64,000 nt of DNA, taken from positions 73,289-137,288 of the forward strand of contig CAWEXP010000008.1 of NCBI GenBank assembly GCA_963813065.1, written 5' to 3'. Below the pieces are notes generated by a model. That model did no database searches. It was not told the origin of the DNA and saw only the letters and a program-made list of their open reading frames with translations. The stretch comes from Candidatus Kaiserbacteria bacterium (lineage in GTDB: Bacteria; Patescibacteriota; Minisyncoccia; Phycocordibacterales; Phycocordibacteraceae). Below, one piece after another: positions 60,119-64,000 of this stretch (its first letter is position 1; every line of letters starts with the position of its first letter). A program made the position numbers and the translations under genes.

Positions 60119-61516
60119 ATGCGCAGGATTATTTTTGGACGGGGAATATTACTCGTATTGCTCGCGGGTGTCGTATTTGATACTTCGCGCGTTACATTCG
60201 CGGCGGATACTGCATCGCAGAATTATCAAGTACTCGCACCGGTTATCACAACTGGTGGAGGATACGCGAGTTCAAACAATTATTCCGTCCTTGGCGTTAT
60301 TTCCGAATTTTCTCACGACCTTTCAAATTCAACATCTTTTAATCTCGTTCCCGGGTTTGCGGCTTACCCGTTCGTTTCAACGCCGGTCGTAAGTGTTACT
60401 GCTGGAGATGGCTCGGCAAGCCTGTCGTGGACCGCCGCAACAGGCGTCCTCGGCTATTCCGTCTCCGGATATTCTATTGGGAAATCGAGCACTTCCGGAG
60501 GTCCGTATTCATTTACTTCGATTGGGAATGTTCTCTCCAGTTCCGTTTCGAGTCTGACAAACGGCTCGACCTATTACTTCGTTATTCGCGTGCATGATCC
60601 CTACAGCATCGTTATCGCCACATCTTCAGAAGTTTCTGCAACGCCAGCTAACGCCTGCACTGGAGTTACTACCTGCGGTGTATGTGGCAATTCCGCGTGT
60701 GTCAACAACAATAATAATAATGGCGGCGGCGGCGGTGGCGGAGGAGGTGGTGGAGGGTCAATTGCACCGCCGACCGTTACTTCTTCCGGCAACGCGACCG
60801 TGAATTTTAGCGGGCGAGCGTATCCTCGCAGTACAATCACTCTGCTGAAAGATGCTCAAGTAGTGACATCGACTGTTGCGGATGCTAACGCAGCTTTCCA
60901 GATCTCTTTGTCCAACATGTCCGGAGGCAATTATATTTTCTCGGTTTATAGCGAAGATTCCGCAGGAAACCGCTCTAGCCTCCTTTCGTTCCCCGTCAGC
61001 GTTACAGCAGGGGCGACTACCAATATCGGCGGCATCTTTATCAGCCCGACGATTGATGTTGATAAAAGCCAGGTAAAACAAGGCGACAATTTAACCATCT
61101 TCGGACAGAGTTCCCCACAAAGTTCCATTACCATCACCGTCAATTCTACCAACGAGCTTTTCTTGCAGGCCAAGTCCGATTCTATCGGCGCATATCTCTA
61201 CAATCTCGATACGAGTCCTCTCGAAATGGGTTCGCACTCGACAAAATCAAAAGCGGCGTTATCAGGCGGGATAAGTGATTTCGGTCAAACAGTCGCTTTT
61301 GATGTAGGGACCCAAAATGTTCTGAAGAAAGCTACACAAAAAACTATTGTCGGTGATCTTGCTGGTCACGGGCGTGTCAATCTCGTTGATTTTTCTATCA
61401 TGGTGTACTGGTTCCATCGTCCGCTTTCAGGCAACGGTCTGAAAGCAGATCTCAACCACGATGGTAAAGTCGATCTCGTCGATCTCTCCATACTGGCGTC
61501 CCACTGGACCGGATAA
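60119..61516 (+). CDS. Secreted FN3/Ig-like protein with C-terminal dockerin-like domain
   Basis: Signal peptide, LSW..LTNGSTYYF, Asn/Gly linker, GDL...GRVNLVDFSI..ADLNHDGKVDLVDLSIL. Confidence 0.8.
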   Translation: MRRIIFGRGILLVLLAGVVFDTSRVTFAADTASQNYQVLAPVITTGGGYASSNNYSVLGVISEFSHDLSNSTSFNLVPGFAAYPFVSTPVVSVTAGDGSASLSWTAATGVLGYSVSGYSIGKSSTSGGPYSFTSIGNVLSSSVSSLTNGSTYYFVIRVHDPYSIVIATSSEVSATPANACTGVTTCGVCGNSACVNNNNNNGGGGGGGGGGGGSIAPPTVTSSGNATVNFSGRAYPRSTITLLKDAQVVTSTVADANAAFQISLSNMSGGNYIFSVYSEDSAGNRSSLLSFPVSVTAGATTNIGGIFISPTIDVDKSQVKQGDNLTIFGQSSPQSSITITVNSTNELFLQAKSDSIGAYLYNLDTSPLEMGSHSTKSKAALSGGISDFGQTVAFDVGTQNVLKKATQKTIVGDLAGHGRVNLVDFSIMVYWFHRPLSGNGLKADLNHDGKVDLVDLSILASHWTG

Positions 61517-61521
61517 TTACC

Positions 61522-62415
61522 ATGACCATAAAAAACAGATTCTCATTATTTCTTGCGGCGCTTCTTTTCTTACTGCCAGCAACGGCTTCTGCGGCGACAA
61601 TTTCGTTTCAGGCAGTACCAGTGCATGTCGGTGTAGGCGATGTCGTGCGCGTAAACATTCTCCTTGACAGCGCAATTCCGACTAATGCTTTTTCCGGCAC
61701 CGTGTCTTATTCCGCAGCGACAGTCGAACCAATTGCCATAAGTGACGGGAATTCAATCGTAAACCTATGGGTCACACATCCTACAGTACCGGCTACCGGC
61801 GTTGTAATCCCATTTGCAGGAATTACCCCGGGAGGATTTTCCGGTAACGCCGGAACGCTCTTTTCAATTTTGTTTCGAGCAAAAGCATTAGGACTCGCCG
61901 ATATTTCTATCGGAAATGTTGAAGTGTTGCGTAACGACGGTGCGGGAAGTAAGGAGCCAGTGACGATAAAGCAATTCGCTCTTTCTATAGGGTCGAAACC
62001 TTCTGGAGGATATGTAGAGCCCGCTGACACCACACCGCCAGAACCATTTACCGCATATCTGGGTTCCGATTCGCAATTCAGTGGCGAATCATATCTTGTC
62101 TTCATGGCGGTTGATAAGGGTTCTGGAATAGACCATTATGCGGTCGCCGAAAGTCGCCTACCGTCGTTCTTGTTCCCACTTTTCCCACTTGCGTGGCATA
62201 CAGCAGCAAGTCCGTATGTGCTTGCCGATCAAAATCTAACCAGCACGGTGTATATCAAAGCAGTAGACCGTGCCGGTAACGGGCGATTAAGCATTTATCC
62301 ACCCTCACATCTCTTTACAGTGTATGAAAAGGTTGTGCTTATAGTTATACTTGTGGGAGTCGTCTTTCTTTTCTGGCGGAGATGGGTAGGAAGGCGATTT
62401 AATAAGAACTTATGA
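61522..62415 (+). CDS. Cohesin-like domain protein with C-terminal TM anchor
   Basis: NAFSGTVSY..GNSIVNLW..PGGF..LFSILFRAK..NDG.G. Confidence 0.75.
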   Translation: MTIKNRFSLFLAALLFLLPATASAATISFQAVPVHVGVGDVVRVNILLDSAIPTNAFSGTVSYSAATVEPIAISDGNSIVNLWVTHPTVPATGVVIPFAGITPGGFSGNAGTLFSILFRAKALGLADISIGNVEVLRNDGAGSKEPVTIKQFALSIGSKPSGGYVEPADTTPPEPFTAYLGSDSQFSGESYLVFMAVDKGSGIDHYAVAESRLPSFLFPLFPLAWHTAASPYVLADQNLTSTVYIKAVDRAGNGRLSIYPPSHLFTVYEKVVLIVILVGVVFLFWRRWVGRRFNKNL

Positions 62416-63890
62416 CATCGCATTCTCGAGCATGTGTGGTGGCGCTTACCGCCCTTGTTTTCGTGCTGCCGTCGGCGACACATGCGGCGACACTCGGCCT
62501 CTCACCAGCCAATGTTTCTGTTACTGCGGGCTCGAGCTTTACTGAAACAGTGATGGTATCGAGCGCAGATCAGGCACTGAATGCCGTTTCCGGGACGCTG
62601 TCATTTCCAACAAATCTTCTCCAAGTAGTCTCGGTTTCGAAAGCGAGTTCAATATTGTCATTGTGGGTCGCGGACCCCTCGTTTTCAAACACCGATGGCA
62701 CAATTTCTTTTAGCGGCATTGATCCAAATCCAGGCTACATAGGCAGTAGCGGCAGAATTTTTTCAATCCAATTCCGCGCGAAGGGAACGGGTACGGCGAC
62801 AATAGTTTTTTCTTCCTCGTCGCAAGTGCTTGCGAATGATGGCAATGGTACGGATATATTGCTTAATACTCAACCTGCAACTATAACCGTTGCCGCTTCT
62901 ACACCTGCTGCAACTCCTACCCCAACTCCTACACCAACACCGACGCCAACATCCTCTTCGTCAACAGTAGGCACCGATCTTCTTGCACAGATCACTTCGT
63001 CGACACACCCGGATCAAACACAATGGTACAAGCTTTCACACGCGATCTTTGACTGGACGAACGCTCAAGGTGTTTCCGCCGTTCGACTCGGATATGACCA
63101 AAACGCAAACGGCAATCCGATCGTTCTGTATACGGAACCAATATCACATAAAGAATTAGATCTGAACGACGGCATCTGGTATTTCCATGTGCAAGAAAAA
63201 GGTTCAAGCGGATGGGGTCCTGTGAGCACGTATAAAATACAAATTGATACTGTGCCGCCTTTGCCATTTACTCTGACATTCTTGAACGGCACGAGCACAC
63301 AATCCGGTAGCCCGATCGCTGTGCAATTTACCGCAACAGATGAACTCTCCGGCATAGATCACTACCAACTTGCGATTGACGGAAAAGAGTCAACGGCGAG
63401 TGCTGATGAAGGGAGTAAACCATATGCCATCACTGCTGATTCTGGCACACATGTGCTTGTCGTGCAGGTATTTGATAAAGCAGGAAATGTGACGAGTGCG
63501 CAAGGAAAGTTTTCGGTGGTAGGCGGAACACCGCCGCCCGCACCATCGCCGCTCTTTACTGTCGGATGGTTGGCGATCAATTATCTCTCTCTAGCTCTTA
63601 TAGCTTTTGCGATACTCGGCACGCTGCTTTTCGGAGCATGGTACATCCGCGTACATTTCTCGGCGTACCGCAGTAATCTCAATCGCCGACTCGGCCTGAC
63701 CCACGCGCATATTCATAAAGAATTCGATAATCTTAAAGATGCTATCACTGAAGAAGTGCTCAGACTCGAACAGGTAAAGTCGGCACGCGCTCTAACCCGC
63801 GAGGAAGAACATCTTGTCGCCCGCTTCAAAAAGCTATTGGACCAAGCCGAAAAAGAGATAGAAAAGGAAATAGAAGACATTCCGAGATAA
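62412..63890 (+). CDS. Cohesin-like + Ig-like surface protein with PT linker and TM
   Basis: NAVSGTLSF..LW..P..LANDG.GT, (TP)n linker, SSTHPDQ..WY, D.LSGIDHY. Confidence 0.75.
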   Translation: MTSHSRACVVALTALVFVLPSATHAATLGLSPANVSVTAGSSFTETVMVSSADQALNAVSGTLSFPTNLLQVVSVSKASSILSLWVADPSFSNTDGTISFSGIDPNPGYIGSSGRIFSIQFRAKGTGTATIVFSSSSQVLANDGNGTDILLNTQPATITVAASTPAATPTPTPTPTPTPTSSSSTVGTDLLAQITSSTHPDQTQWYKLSHAIFDWTNAQGVSAVRLGYDQNANGNPIVLYTEPISHKELDLNDGIWYFHVQEKGSSGWGPVSTYKIQIDTVPPLPFTLTFLNGTSTQSGSPIAVQFTATDELSGIDHYQLAIDGKESTASADEGSKPYAITADSGTHVLVVQVFDKAGNVTSAQGKFSVVGGTPPPAPSPLFTVGWLAINYLSLALIAFAILGTLLFGAWYIRVHFSAYRSNLNRRLGLTHAHIHKEFDNLKDAITEEVLRLEQVKSARALTREEEHLVARFKKLLDQAEKEIEKEIEDIPR

Positions 63891-64000
63891 ATCTCGGCGA
63901 GACGAGATTTCCTTTATATACAAGCCCGTTTGGCGAGATTATTGTCTGGAGCAGGCGTAGGTCGTGGTCAGTTTGTTTTGAACTATTTTCCTGAACCTCT

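Noticed and set aside
60705-62950. AAT/GGC and ACNCC tandem runs as DNA repeats
   Set aside because: They encode Asn/Gly and Pro-Thr linkers of surface proteins.

Overview
The window looks like the replication-origin region of a Patescibacteria/CPR (Parcubacteria-like) chromosome. It carries rpmH-dnaA-dnaN, yidC, rnpA, a PrgI/VirB4/pilin cluster, ruvABC, polA-holA, pilBMNO, eight tRNAs (four flanked by homing-endonuclease-like genes), two serine-recombinase islets and a cohesin/dockerin surface cluster. The standout is at 24387-35488. An intact cas1 and a translationally coupled, divergent cas2 sit 32 bp from six copies of a 37-bp palindromic CRISPR-type repeat (GTTGCACAATATCCTTTTTCCGAAGGTGGTGTGCAGG). 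The five intervening 'spacers' are 1.3-3.1 kb rather than about 35 nt. They hold whole genes (TyrRS, a methyltransferase, a tyrosine recombinase, a DKNYY protein) and genes cut exactly at a repeat. The spacers share homologous pieces (ardC 3' end plus hairpin, recombinase, a ~40-bp site), which suggests repeated capture from one mobile-element family. No interference or effector cas gene is present in the window. My inference is a Cas1-Cas2-driven, integron-like gene-capture array. Several housekeeping genes carry single-base frameshifts, probably long-read errors. All assignments come from motif recognition by eye; no database searches were run.
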